From: Gemmatimonadales bacterium
Lineage (GTDB): Bacteria; Gemmatimonadota; Gemmatimonadetes; Gemmatimonadales; GWC2-71-9
Length of the DNA: 47,800 nucleotides
Direction: 5' to 3'
Assembly: GCA_044866195.1 (NCBI GenBank)
Contig: JBIOTT010000232.1
Coordinates: 1-47,800, forward strand
The translations under genes were made by a program, and so were the position numbers. Positions 24,519-33,547 of this stretch are shown one piece after another. How positions within the stretch are numbered: the stretch's first letter is position 1; the number at the start of each line of letters is the position of its first letter. The notes under the pieces were generated by a model. That model did no database searches and had not been told where the DNA came from. It saw only the letters and a list, made by a program, of their open reading frames with translations.

Positions 24519-27488
24519 GTGTCGATAACAGCTTCGTTCCGTCTGCAGCGCGCGAGCTCGCCGGCGACGGGGTTTTTGTGCGACGCCATCGCCGTCATCG
24601 TGATCGCGACGGCGCTCGCGGCCATCGTCGGGTGGGTGATCGGCAACCCGACGCTGGTGCAGGTCCTGCCGGACTATCCCCCTCTCTATCCTGGGTCGGC
24701 CCTTGGGCTTGCGTCGGTGGCCGCCGGCCTGTGGGGGCTTGCCCACGGGTCGCCCCGATGGGTCTGGACCGGCGGGGGCATAGCGCTGCTGCTGAGCACG
24801 CTGGCGCTGGTCGAGTATGCGGCCGGCGTCGATCTGGGGGTGGATCGCCTGCTCTTCGTGGGGGGGATCGTCCCCGATCTGGGCCGCGATCGGTTCCCCG
24901 GCCGCATGGTGATGTCCACCGCGGTCTCGTTCACCCTCACGTCCGCGGCGCTGGCTCTCGGACTCGCCCGGCTGCCGTGGCTGCGGCGAGCGGGGTCGGC
25001 GCTCACGGCTGCCGTGGTCGGCGCGTTTGCCCTGGTCACGTTCGTGTGCTACGCCGGCGGCGTTCTGGACGAGTTCGGGTTCGACGTGCTCGCCGGCATG
25101 TCGATCCAGGCGTCGCTCGGACTCGGTCTGATCGCAGGTGGCCTGATCGCGATCGCGTGGGAAGAGGAGACCGCCGGCGGAGCCTGGGCCCTGCCGCATT
25201 GGGCCCCCTGGGCCGTGGGGCTCGCGTCCCTGACCATCACGCTGTTCGTGTGGCGCGCCCTGGTCGCCCAGCACCTGCGACAGCTCGCTGCCGAGACCCG
25301 GTCCCAGGCGTTCGTTGCCCGGCACGACCTCGAGCGCGCGACCGACGCGCTGGTCACCACGCTGCGGGTCCTGCCCGGCAGCGCCGCGGGCGAGCAGGAC
25401 AGCGTGGAGACTTGGCCCGCCACGCTGCGGCGCCTGCTCCAAGAGGTCCCCGGCATGATGGCGGCCCTGCGGACCGACCGATCGCTCAACGTGCACGTCG
25501 CTGGCAAGACGTCGGCCTCGGACTCCTCGCTCTCGCGGGCCCTCCGTGGCGCGCTGCGCGCGCGGGAGACGCCGAGCGGGCGGCTCACCCGGGACAGCGT
25601 GCTGGTTGGCGTGGCGCCCACTACCGACCGGCAGCTCCTCTTCACCCTGGCGGTGCCGATCTGCGGGGGCGGCGAGTGTACCGGGTACATCGTGGCCCTG
25701 CTCAATGCCCAGCGCTTCCTCGCGAACGCTCTGCACGGGGCAACGCCGGGGTATCATGCGGTGGTGTCCGCCCGCGGCGAGCGGATCTTCCGCCCCCCCG
25801 ACCTCACCACCGCGGGATTGTCGGTCGCGCAGGTCGTCTCGCTCGACCTCGGCTCGCTCCACCTCGACATCGAGGTGTGGCCTACCCAGCAGCGGCTCGC
25901 GGTGGTGCATCCGGAGCTGCCGGACGTGGTGGCGGCGCTCGGCCTCCTGCTGAGCGGGCTGCTGGTGCTCACGTTCTGGTTGGTGCGCCGAAGCCTGCTG
26001 CAGACTCGCCTGGAGCAGCGGGCCCGGTTGAGCCTGGCGTTCGAGACTGCGACCGACGGGGTGTGGGAGTGGGAGGTACGCAGCGACACGGGCACGGTGA
26101 GCGACGCCCTCTGGCGGCGACTGGGTTACGATCCCGCCGAGCTGTCGCTGGTGAACAGCCTGCGGCAGTGGCGGGCGCTGGCTCACCCGGACGACGAGCG
26201 GCGGGTGCAGCAGGCGCTCGAGCGGCACGTGGCCGGCGAATCGGCGTCCTTCGAGGTCGAATACCGGATCAGGGCCCAGGACGGCGACTGGCACACGATC
26301 GTGGAGCGGGGCCGGGTGGCGGAGCGCGACATCCGCGGGCGGCCGCTCATCGTGCTGGGCATCGCCGCCGATGTCACCGAACGCAAGCGGGCCGACGAGA
26401 CCCTGGCCGCCAACGAGCAGCGCTTCCGGGCGATGTTCGACAGCGCCTTCCAGTTCGAATGCATGCTGGGGCTGAACGGCGAGTGCCTGGAGGCCAATCG
26501 TGGGATGCTCGAGTTCGCTGGCACCACCATGTCTCAGGTTCGGGGCCTCAAGCTGTGGGACACGCCCTGGTGGCGGGGGACCACGGAGGAGCAGCGCGAG
26601 CGCCTGCGCCTGGCCTGCGCCGACGCGCTCCAGGGACGGACCGTGCGATACGAGATCGAGTGGACCGGCACGGCGGGTCCGGCGCTGATCGACTTTTCGA
26701 TCAAGCCGATCCTGGATGGCGAAGGCCGGGTGTCACAGCTGCTCGCCGAAGGCCGGGACGTCACCGAGCGCTGGCGGGCCGAGAACGCAATGCGCGAAAT
26801 GGAAACCCTGAGCTCGATGGGCCGGCTGGCGGCCCGGGTGGCGCACGAGGTGAACAACCCGCTCGCCGGGATTCAAAACTCGTTCCTGCTCATCAAGGAC
26901 GCAGTGCCGGAGTCCCATCCCTACCATTCGTACGTGGGCGCCATCGAGCGCGAGATCGCTCGGATCTCGGCCGTGACCCGGCAGCTCTATGAGACCTACC
27001 GGCCCGACCCTGACGGGCGGCGGGAGTCCTCGGTCCAGACCATCCTGTCGGACGCGGCGACCCTGCTCCGACAGGTGAATCGGGCCGCCAAAGTGAATGT
27101 CGAAGTGGATGCGGCGGGCGTCCCGCCCAAGCTTCCGGTGCCGGGCGCGCTGCTGCGCCAGGCCGCCTACAATCTGATCCAGAACGCGATCGAGGCCTCG
27201 CCGTCCGGCGGCGTGGTCCAGGTGGTCGCCAAGGTCAACGACGCCGTGTTTTCACTCTCAGTATGTGATCAGGGGCCGGGCGTACCGGCCCACCTGCGGG
27301 AGCAGATCTTCGCCCCGTTCTTTACCACCAAGACCGGTGCGCGCACCAGCGGCATGGGGCTCGGACTTGCCCTGGTACGCCGCTCGGTAGACGCGCTGGG
27401 CGGCCGGATCGACCTCCGGGACCGGCCCAGCGGCGGCACCGAATTCCGAATCCAGATCCCTTTGCCCAGCGGAGAAGAGTCGTCATGA
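24519..27488 (+). CDS. Multi-TM, two-PAS sensor histidine kinase (NtrB-like HisKA)
   Basis: Multiple N-terminal TM helices, extracytoplasmic loop, PAS 'DGVWEWE…AHPDD…EYRIRAQDGDW', second PAS, 'ARVAHEVNNPL', 'NLIQNAIEA', 'DQGPG', 'FFTTK', 'GMGLGL'. GTG at 24519 follows GAGGAG. Confidence 0.92.
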   Translation: MSITASFRLQRASSPATGFLCDAIAVIVIATALAAIVGWVIGNPTLVQVLPDYPPLYPGSALGLASVAAGLWGLAHGSPRWVWTGGGIALLLSTLALVEYAAGVDLGVDRLLFVGGIVPDLGRDRFPGRMVMSTAVSFTLTSAALALGLARLPWLRRAGSALTAAVVGAFALVTFVCYAGGVLDEFGFDVLAGMSIQASLGLGLIAGGLIAIAWEEETAGGAWALPHWAPWAVGLASLTITLFVWRALVAQHLRQLAAETRSQAFVARHDLERATDALVTTLRVLPGSAAGEQDSVETWPATLRRLLQEVPGMMAALRTDRSLNVHVAGKTSASDSSLSRALRGALRARETPSGRLTRDSVLVGVAPTTDRQLLFTLAVPICGGGECTGYIVALLNAQRFLANALHGATPGYHAVVSARGERIFRPPDLTTAGLSVAQVVSLDLGSLHLDIEVWPTQQRLAVVHPELPDVVAALGLLLSGLLVLTFWLVRRSLLQTRLEQRARLSLAFETATDGVWEWEVRSDTGTVSDALWRRLGYDPAELSLVNSLRQWRALAHPDDERRVQQALERHVAGESASFEVEYRIRAQDGDWHTIVERGRVAERDIRGRPLIVLGIAADVTERKRADETLAANEQRFRAMFDSAFQFECMLGLNGECLEANRGMLEFAGTTMSQVRGLKLWDTPWWRGTTEEQRERLRLACADALQGRTVRYEIEWTGTAGPALIDFSIKPILDGEGRVSQLLAEGRDVTERWRAENAMREMETLSSMGRLAARVAHEVNNPLAGIQNSFLLIKDAVPESHPYHSYVGAIEREIARISAVTRQLYETYRPDPDGRRESSVQTILSDAATLLRQVNRAAKVNVEVDAAGVPPKLPVPGALLRQAAYNLIQNAIEASPSGGVVQVVAKVNDAVFSLSVCDQGPGVPAHLREQIFAPFFTTKTGARTSGMGLGLALVRRSVDALGGRIDLRDRPSGGTEFRIQIPLPSGEESS

Positions 27489-28219
27489 CGACACGCGGCC
27501 GCATCCTCCTCGCCGACGACGAGGAAACCTTTCTCCACGCCACGGCGGACCTGCTCCGGCGCGAAGGCTACGAGTGCGAGACCGTGCCGGACGCCCCCAG
27601 CGCCCTGGCCAAGGTCAAGAGCTCAGCCTACGATCTCCTGATCAGCGACCTGGAGATGCCGGGAAACGAAAACCTCTCGCTGATCCGAGAGGTCGGCGAC
27701 GTTGCAGGCGGCTTGCCGGTGATCATCATCACCGGATTCCCCTCGACCACTTCGGCGATCGCCGCGATCGAATTGCCGGTCTCGGCCTATCTGCTCAAGC
27801 CGGTCGCGCTGCCCGAGCTGCTCGATCGGGTGGCCGCCGCCGTGGCCCGGTTCCGGAGTTACCAGGTGATGCGCCGAACCGAGGACCGGCTGCGGCAGTG
27901 GAACGTGGACTTCGAGCGGATTTCTTCGGTGCAGGCGGACGACGCGGCCCGGACGGGACGAGAGGTGGACGCCTTCCTCGCGCTCACCCTCCGCAACGTG
28001 ATGGGGTCGCTCAGCGACCTGCAGCAGCTCGGCCGAGCCCTCTCCAGCTCGGCCCAGCACGAGCACGCGTGTCAGATCCTCAACTGCCCCCGCGGAACCC
28101 AGCTGCAGGAAGCCGTCCGGGAGACGGTCCGGGTGCTGGAAGAGACCAAGAACGCGTTCAAGTCAAAGGCCCTGGGGGATCTGCGTCGTAAGCTGGAGCT
28201 GCTGCTGGACCACAACTGA
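27485..28219 (+). CDS. Response regulator with unrecognised C-terminal output domain
   Basis: Receiver 'ILLADDE', 'LISDLEMP', 'ITGFP', 'LLKP'. Helical tail with 'HACQILNCPR'. ATGA-coupled to the kinase. Confidence 0.88.
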   Translation: MTTRGRILLADDEETFLHATADLLRREGYECETVPDAPSALAKVKSSAYDLLISDLEMPGNENLSLIREVGDVAGGLPVIIITGFPSTTSAIAAIELPVSAYLLKPVALPELLDRVAAAVARFRSYQVMRRTEDRLRQWNVDFERISSVQADDAARTGREVDAFLALTLRNVMGSLSDLQQLGRALSSSAQHEHACQILNCPRGTQLQEAVRETVRVLEETKNAFKSKALGDLRRKLELLLDHN

Positions 28220-28223
28220 CGGC

Positions 28224-28856
28224 TCAATTCGCCTTGACCAGCCCCCGCTCCAGCGCGATGCATAGCGCCTGGGTTCGGTCCCGCGCGCCGAGCTTCTCCA
28301 GAATGCTCTTCACGTGGGCTTTGACAGTGCCCTCGACGATGTTGAGGTGCTGCCCGATCTCCTGGTTGGTCATTCCCCGCGCGATCAGCTGGAGCACCTC
28401 GTCCTGACGGTCGGTGAGCCGGGGTCGCCCGACGTGGCTGGCCAGCTTGGTCGCGACCCGCGGAGGCAGGGCGGTTTGTCCCCGATGCACTTGAGCGATG
28501 GCATCCGCCAGCTCGGTGGGCGACGCCATCTTGAGCAGGTACCCTGCCGCGCCGGCCTGAATGGCCCGCAGCACGTCGTCGTCCGCGTCGAAGGCGGAGA
28601 GCACGATCACTCGCGCCGTGGGGGACACGGCTCGCAGGGCTTCGACCACCGCGACGCCATCGTCGGGCGGCATCCGCAGGTCGACCAGCACGACGTCAGG
28701 TTGGAGTGCCTGGAACAGCTCGACGGTTTCCTGACCGTCCCCCGCCGACCCCACCACCGCGATCGAGGGCTGCTGCTGGAGCAGTGCCGCCAGGCCGTCG
28801 CGAAACAGGGGGTGGTCGTCGGCGATGAGAATGCGAATGGGCGTGGAGTCCGTCAT
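28224..28856 (-). CDS. NarL/LuxR family response regulator
   Basis: 'IRILIADDHPLFRDG', 'VDLRMP', HTH 'LTDRQDEVLQLIARGMTNQEIG…TVKAHVKSI'. AAGGAGG RBS. Confidence 0.94.
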   Translation of the reverse strand: MTDSTPIRILIADDHPLFRDGLAALLQQQPSIAVVGSAGDGQETVELFQALQPDVVLVDLRMPPDDGVAVVEALRAVSPTARVIVLSAFDADDDVLRAIQAGAAGYLLKMASPTELADAIAQVHRGQTALPPRVATKLASHVGRPRLTDRQDEVLQLIARGMTNQEIGQHLNIVEGTVKAHVKSILEKLGARDRTQALCIALERGLVKAN

Positions 28857-29086
28857 TCCCGAACCTCCTTCATTGCTCGATCCGGGCTGCCGGACTGAGA
28901 AAAAGGCGCACCGATCGCTCCGCGCGGGAGCTTCGTTACGCCTTCGCTTTGCGAGTCCGTGCCCTCATCCGGCAACGACCATAATGTAGTCAACCGCCTC
29001 AGTCGGGTCCGGCACCCAACGAAGAGGTTAGCGCCACAAGGCCCCGCTCGATGTGACAGTCCTCACGGGACGCTATCTTCCGCTGC

Positions 29087-30433
29087 TCAATGCCGAGCGG
29101 TCGGTGCTCGGCGGCGCCAGTAGCCGTACACCGGGACTCCGAGCGCCAGCAGTCCGGCACCGATCAGCGCGTTCCGCGGACTGGCCAGCACCGAGCTCAC
29201 CACAACGTACCCAGCCGCCGCCACGAACAACGCCGGAGTCCAGGGATAGGCTGGCACGCGAAACGAGCCCGGAGGATCGGTGATTCCCTGCGCCCGGTCA
29301 CGAGCGCGGTACTTGAACAAGCCCGCGACCGTGAGCCCGAAGAAGATCCAGTCGCCGAAGGCAACATAGTCGACTAACTGCCCGAATGTGCCAGTGAGCG
29401 TCAGCACGGACGCCCAGGCCGCCTGCAGCACGATGGCTCCCGAGGGAGTGCGATAGGCCGGGTGCAGCGCCGCCAGCCGAGGCAGGAACAGACCGTCAGC
29501 CGCCATGGCCTGCAATACCCGCGGCGTCACCAGGATCACCAGGTTGAGGAAGCCAAAGGTCGAAACCGCAATGCCCGCGGCAATCACTCCGCTGCCCACC
29601 GGACCGAGCACCACCCGCATCGTGTCCGCCGCGGGCGCGGTGCTCGCGGCCAGCCCCGGATGCCCGAGCACCCGCAGGTAGGCCAGGTTGGCGAGCAGAT
29701 AGACAATCACTACCCCCGTCACCCCGATCACGAGGGCCCGGGGCAGATTCCTCTCCGGCTCGATGATCTCCTCGGCGATGAAGTTGGTCTGCTGCCACCC
29801 GCCATAAGTGAAGAGGATGGGGACCAGGGCAGCGCCCAGACTCGACACCACCCTCGCCGGCGCTCCGGCCGGCGCGCTCGGCGGGAGCGCAGCCGTGGCC
29901 GGGAGCGCGGCAGACAAGCCGGTCACGATCAGCGCGCCCAGGGCAGCCAGCTTGAGCAGCGTGAAGACATTCTGGGTCACCGCGGCCGGCTTCACGCCCA
30001 GGTAGTTCACGCCGGACAGAAAAACGATCGCGCCGATCGCTACCGGCACAGTCAGCCGGTCGGACAGGCCGGTGAGAGCCAGCGCGTAACTCGCGAAGGT
30101 CACCGCCACCGCCGCAATGGCGCCGGTCGCGATCACCAGCAGGAGCGCCCAGCCGTAGAGAAAGGCGGGGAGCGAACCCCAGGTCTCCCGGAGGTACACG
30201 TACCCGCCGCCCGCCTTCGGCCGGCGCTGTCCCAGCTCGCCGAAGCAGAACGCCCCGGCGAGAGCTATTGCGCCGCCGAGAATCCAGGCCGCGAGCGCGA
30301 GGCCGGGCGATGGGACGCGCTCCGCCACCGCGGCGGGCGTGCGGAAGATGCCGGCGCCGATGATACCGCCGATCACGGCCATGGTGCCGGAGAAGAGCCC
30401 GAGCTTGCGAGCATAGGTAGTCATGCCAGCCAT
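29087..30433 (-). CDS. APC-family amino acid permease
   Basis: 'GGIIGAGIF', 'FGELG…PKAGGGYVYL', 'FTYGGW', 'AEEIIEPERNLPRA', many TM helices. Start at 30433 or 30424. Confidence 0.92.
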   Translation of the reverse strand: MAGMTTYARKLGLFSGTMAVIGGIIGAGIFRTPAAVAERVPSPGLALAAWILGGAIALAGAFCFGELGQRRPKAGGGYVYLRETWGSLPAFLYGWALLLVIATGAIAAVAVTFASYALALTGLSDRLTVPVAIGAIVFLSGVNYLGVKPAAVTQNVFTLLKLAALGALIVTGLSAALPATAALPPSAPAGAPARVVSSLGAALVPILFTYGGWQQTNFIAEEIIEPERNLPRALVIGVTGVVIVYLLANLAYLRVLGHPGLAASTAPAADTMRVVLGPVGSGVIAAGIAVSTFGFLNLVILVTPRVLQAMAADGLFLPRLAALHPAYRTPSGAIVLQAAWASVLTLTGTFGQLVDYVAFGDWIFFGLTVAGLFKYRARDRAQGITDPPGSFRVPAYPWTPALFVAAAGYVVVSSVLASPRNALIGAGLLALGVPVYGYWRRRAPTARH

Positions 30434-30517
30434 TAGTGGTTAGCGTATCCGGAACTGTACCCGAAAGGCGGTGCAATCATTGCCGAAACCATGCCGAGTG
30501 AACCGAAGCGAGCCTGC

Positions 30518-30551
30518 TTGACGGTAGCAGATAAGTAGTTGACATTAGCAA
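30518..30551 (+). promoter_or_regulatory. Candidate promoter/operator for the MarR-GNAT gene
   Basis: TTGACnnTAGCA twice, 21 bp apart (30518, 30539). The first TTGACG is 17 bp from GACATT. Confidence 0.5.
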
Positions 30552-30574
30552 TGACCTGAGCCGGCCTGCTCGCC

Positions 30575-31513
30575 ATGACCTCCGCCGCCCTGCCCACTGC
30601 GCCCGATCAGCGCGCCGCCGCGCTCCGCCGCTTCAACCGCTTCTACACTCGCCAGATCGGCGTCTTGAACGAGGGGCTTCTCCTGAGTGCCTTCTCCCTC
30701 ACCGAGGCGCGGGTCCTCTACGAGCTGGCACACCGCGAGCAGCCCAGCGCCAGCGAGCTGAGCGTGGAGCTGGGTCTCGATGCCGGCTACCTCAGCCGCA
30801 TTCTTCGCAGCCTCGAACGCCGCGGGCTGCTCGCCCGGGAGCCGTCCGCGGACGATGGCCGGCGCCGCCACCTGGCGCTGACCCGGAAGGGGCGAGCCGC
30901 GTTCGCGAAGCTGGATGCCCGTTCCCAGGAGGAGGTGCGCGGCATCCTCGCCCGGCTGAGCGACCCGGAACAGGGCCGCCTGCTCGAAGCGATGCAGACC
31001 ATCGAACGGCTCCTCGGCGCCCCCGGTCCGGGCCCCGCGTATATCCTCCGGCCGCCCCAGCCCGGCGACATGGGGTGGGTAGTCCACCGGCACGGCGTTC
31101 TGTACGCGCAGGAGTACGGCTGGGACGAGCAGTTCGAGGCACTGGTGGCGAGCATCGTGGCGGAGTTCATCCGCACCCACGACCCCAAGCGCGAGCGTTG
31201 CTGGATTGCCGAGCGGGACGGCGAGGCGGTCGGCTCGGTTTTCCTGGTCAAGCACACCGAGAGTGTGGCCAAGCTCCGCCTCCTTCTGGTCGAGCCGAGC
31301 GCCCGCGGGCTCGGCATCGGCGGGCGGCTGGTCGGCGAATGCGTTCGAACCGCGCGGCGCCTGGGTTATCGGAAGCTCACCCTGTGGACCCAGCAGACGC
31401 TGGAGGCCGCGCGTCGCATCTACCAGCAGGCGGGGTTCCGCCTGGTCGGCTCGGAGCCCCACCATAGCTTCGGCCACGACCTGATTGGCGAGACCTGGGA
31501 GCTCGAGCTCTAG
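30575..31513 (+). CDS. Bifunctional MarR-family HTH regulator / GNAT acetyltransferase
   Basis: 'LRRFNRFYTRQIGVL', 'SLTEARVLYEL', 'LDAGYLSRIL', 'DGRR', 'PGDMGWVVHRHG', 'AKLRLLLVEPSARGLGIG'. Confidence 0.93.
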   Translation: MTSAALPTAPDQRAAALRRFNRFYTRQIGVLNEGLLLSAFSLTEARVLYELAHREQPSASELSVELGLDAGYLSRILRSLERRGLLAREPSADDGRRRHLALTRKGRAAFAKLDARSQEEVRGILARLSDPEQGRLLEAMQTIERLLGAPGPGPAYILRPPQPGDMGWVVHRHGVLYAQEYGWDEQFEALVASIVAEFIRTHDPKRERCWIAERDGEAVGSVFLVKHTESVAKLRLLLVEPSARGLGIGGRLVGECVRTARRLGYRKLTLWTQQTLEAARRIYQQAGFRLVGSEPHHSFGHDLIGETWELEL

Positions 31514-31534
31514 TTCCGTCGAACTGCGCTAAAG

Positions 31535-31615
31535 ATTCACCACGGAGACACGGAGGACACGGAGAACTACATTAGGTTTGTTCTTCTCCGTGCTCTCCGT
31601 GCTTCCGTGGTGAAT
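31535..31615. repeat. REP-like hairpin, CACCRCRGAG family
   Basis: ATTCACCACGGAGACACGGAGGACACGGAGAA, 17-nt loop, TTCTCCGTGCTCTCCGTGCTTCCGTGGTGAAT. 28/32 complementary. Confidence 0.92.
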
Positions 31616-31638
31616 AACAGGACCGAGCGACGGACGCT

Positions 31639-33495
31639 GTGAATCGTATGAACCTGCCTGCCGGCTCGGAGCGAATCCGCACGATCGTCGTCGACGACTA
31701 CCACGAGATCGGGCGGCTGGTCGCGCGGCGCATTGCCGATGTCATCCGCGACAAGGCCGCGGGTGGTCGGGTGGTGCTGGGCCTCGCCACGGGCTCCACC
31801 CCCATCGGCGTGTATCGCGAGCTCATCCGGATGTACCGTGACGAGGGCCTCAGCTTCGCGCAGGTGGTCACGTTCAACCTCGACGAGTACTACCCGATGG
31901 ACCCGGACAGCGTCCACTCCTACCATCGGTTCATGTGGGAGAATCTGTTCTCCCAGCTCGACATCCCGCGAGCCAACGTGCACATCCCTCGCGGCGACCT
32001 CTCGCGGAGCGGGCTCGACGCGGAGTGCGCGCGGTACGAAGAGGCGATTCGCGCAGCCGGGGGCATCGACATCCAGATCCTCGGCATTGGACGCACCGGC
32101 CACATCGGCTTCAACGAGCCCGGGTCCGGCGCCGAAAGCCGCACCCGGGTCGTGACCCTGGACCTGGTCACCCGGCAGGATGCCGCCGCCGACTTCTTCG
32201 GCGAAGACAACGTGCCCCGCGAGGCGATCACGATGGGTGTGGCCACCATTCTGGAGGCCCGCGAGATCCTGATCCTCGCGACCGGAGAGCACAAGGCCGA
32301 GATCGTTCGCCGGGCAGTGGAGGGCGACGTCGACCACGAGATCGCGGCCACGTTCCTGCAGCAGCATCCCAACACGACCTGGTACCTCGACCGCCCCGCG
32401 GCGGCGGCGCTCACCCGGTTTGCCGCCCCCTGGCTGCTGGGTCCGGTGGAGTGGACTCCGGATCTGATCGTGCGCGCGACCTGCTGGCTGTCGCATCAGA
32501 CCGGCAAGGCGATTCTCAAGCTGACTCGGCGCGACTACGCCGAGCATCGTCTCTCGTCGCTGGTGGCCAAGGTGGGCTCGCCTGGCGGGCTCAATGGCCA
32601 GGTGTTCAATGCGCTGGGCGCAAAGATCCGGGGTCGCTCCAAATTGCCGTCAGACCAGCGCATCATCTGTTTCTCGCCCCATCCCGACGACGACGTCATC
32701 TCGATGGGAGGGATCCTTCACAAGCTGATCGAGAACGGGAACAAGATCACCGTCGCCTACATGACGAGCGGCAACATCGCGGTGTTCGACCACGACGTCC
32801 GGCGGCACGTCGACTTCCTGCGCCGGCTCGCTTGCGAGCGGCGCATCGCCGAGGACGCCGTGGCCGAGCTGTGTCGCGGGGTCGAGCAGTTCCTGGCGCA
32901 AAAGCAGCCGGGCGACGTGGACATCCCTGAGGTGCAGGATACCAAGCGCATGATCCGCGAGTCGGAGGCCGTGGCCGGGATCCGGACGCTCGGGCTCGAT
33001 GCCCGTGCCGCCCGGTTCCTGAACCTGCCCTTCTATCAGACCGGCCAGGTGCGGAAGGACCCCGTTGGCCCCGCCGACGTGGCGCGGGTGCGCGCGCTGC
33101 TCGACGAGATCCGACCCGACCTGGTGTTCGTGGCCGGGGATCTGTCCGATCCGCACGGCACCCACCGGATGTGCAAGGAGGCGATCGACCGCGCGTTGGT
33201 CGACTACGCCGAGACCGGTCACCCGCGGCCGGAGGTCTGGCTCTACCGCGGCGCCTGGCAGGAATGGCCGGTGACCGAGGCGACCTGGCTGGTGCCGCTC
33301 TCCCAGGAGGAGCTCCGGCTCAAGATCCAGGCGATCTTTAAGCACCAATCCCAGAAGGACACGGCGCCGTTTCCGGGACCGGACGAGCGGGAGTTCTGGC
33401 AGCGGGTGGAGGCGCGGAACACGGGGACGGCCGCGGAGCTCGACCGCCTGGGTCTGGCCGAGTATTTCGCGATGGAAGCTTTTGTGGTAGAGTAG
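31639..33495 (+). CDS. nagB: Glucosamine-6-phosphate deaminase fused to a PIG-L/LmbE deacetylase-like domain
   Basis: 'VLGLATGSTP', 'FNLDEYYP', 'LGIGRTGHIGFNEPGS', 'AITMGVATI'. C-terminal 'FSPHPDDDVISMGG', 'DPHGTH', 'IFKHQSQ'. Confidence 0.93.
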   Translation: MNRMNLPAGSERIRTIVVDDYHEIGRLVARRIADVIRDKAAGGRVVLGLATGSTPIGVYRELIRMYRDEGLSFAQVVTFNLDEYYPMDPDSVHSYHRFMWENLFSQLDIPRANVHIPRGDLSRSGLDAECARYEEAIRAAGGIDIQILGIGRTGHIGFNEPGSGAESRTRVVTLDLVTRQDAAADFFGEDNVPREAITMGVATILEAREILILATGEHKAEIVRRAVEGDVDHEIAATFLQQHPNTTWYLDRPAAAALTRFAAPWLLGPVEWTPDLIVRATCWLSHQTGKAILKLTRRDYAEHRLSSLVAKVGSPGGLNGQVFNALGAKIRGRSKLPSDQRIICFSPHPDDDVISMGGILHKLIENGNKITVAYMTSGNIAVFDHDVRRHVDFLRRLACERRIAEDAVAELCRGVEQFLAQKQPGDVDIPEVQDTKRMIRESEAVAGIRTLGLDARAARFLNLPFYQTGQVRKDPVGPADVARVRALLDEIRPDLVFVAGDLSDPHGTHRMCKEAIDRALVDYAETGHPRPEVWLYRGAWQEWPVTEATWLVPLSQEELRLKIQAIFKHQSQKDTAPFPGPDEREFWQRVEARNTGTAAELDRLGLAEYFAMEAFVVE

Positions 33496-33547
33496 CGAGC
33501 AGGCTTGACCCAGATCCGACAATCGAACTGTAGACCCCGGGGTCGCT

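Noticed and set aside
28945-28966. Sigma54 promoter for the NarL regulator (minus strand GGGCACGGACTCGCA)
   Set aside because: Spacing and sequence deviate from TGGCAC-N5-TTGC.
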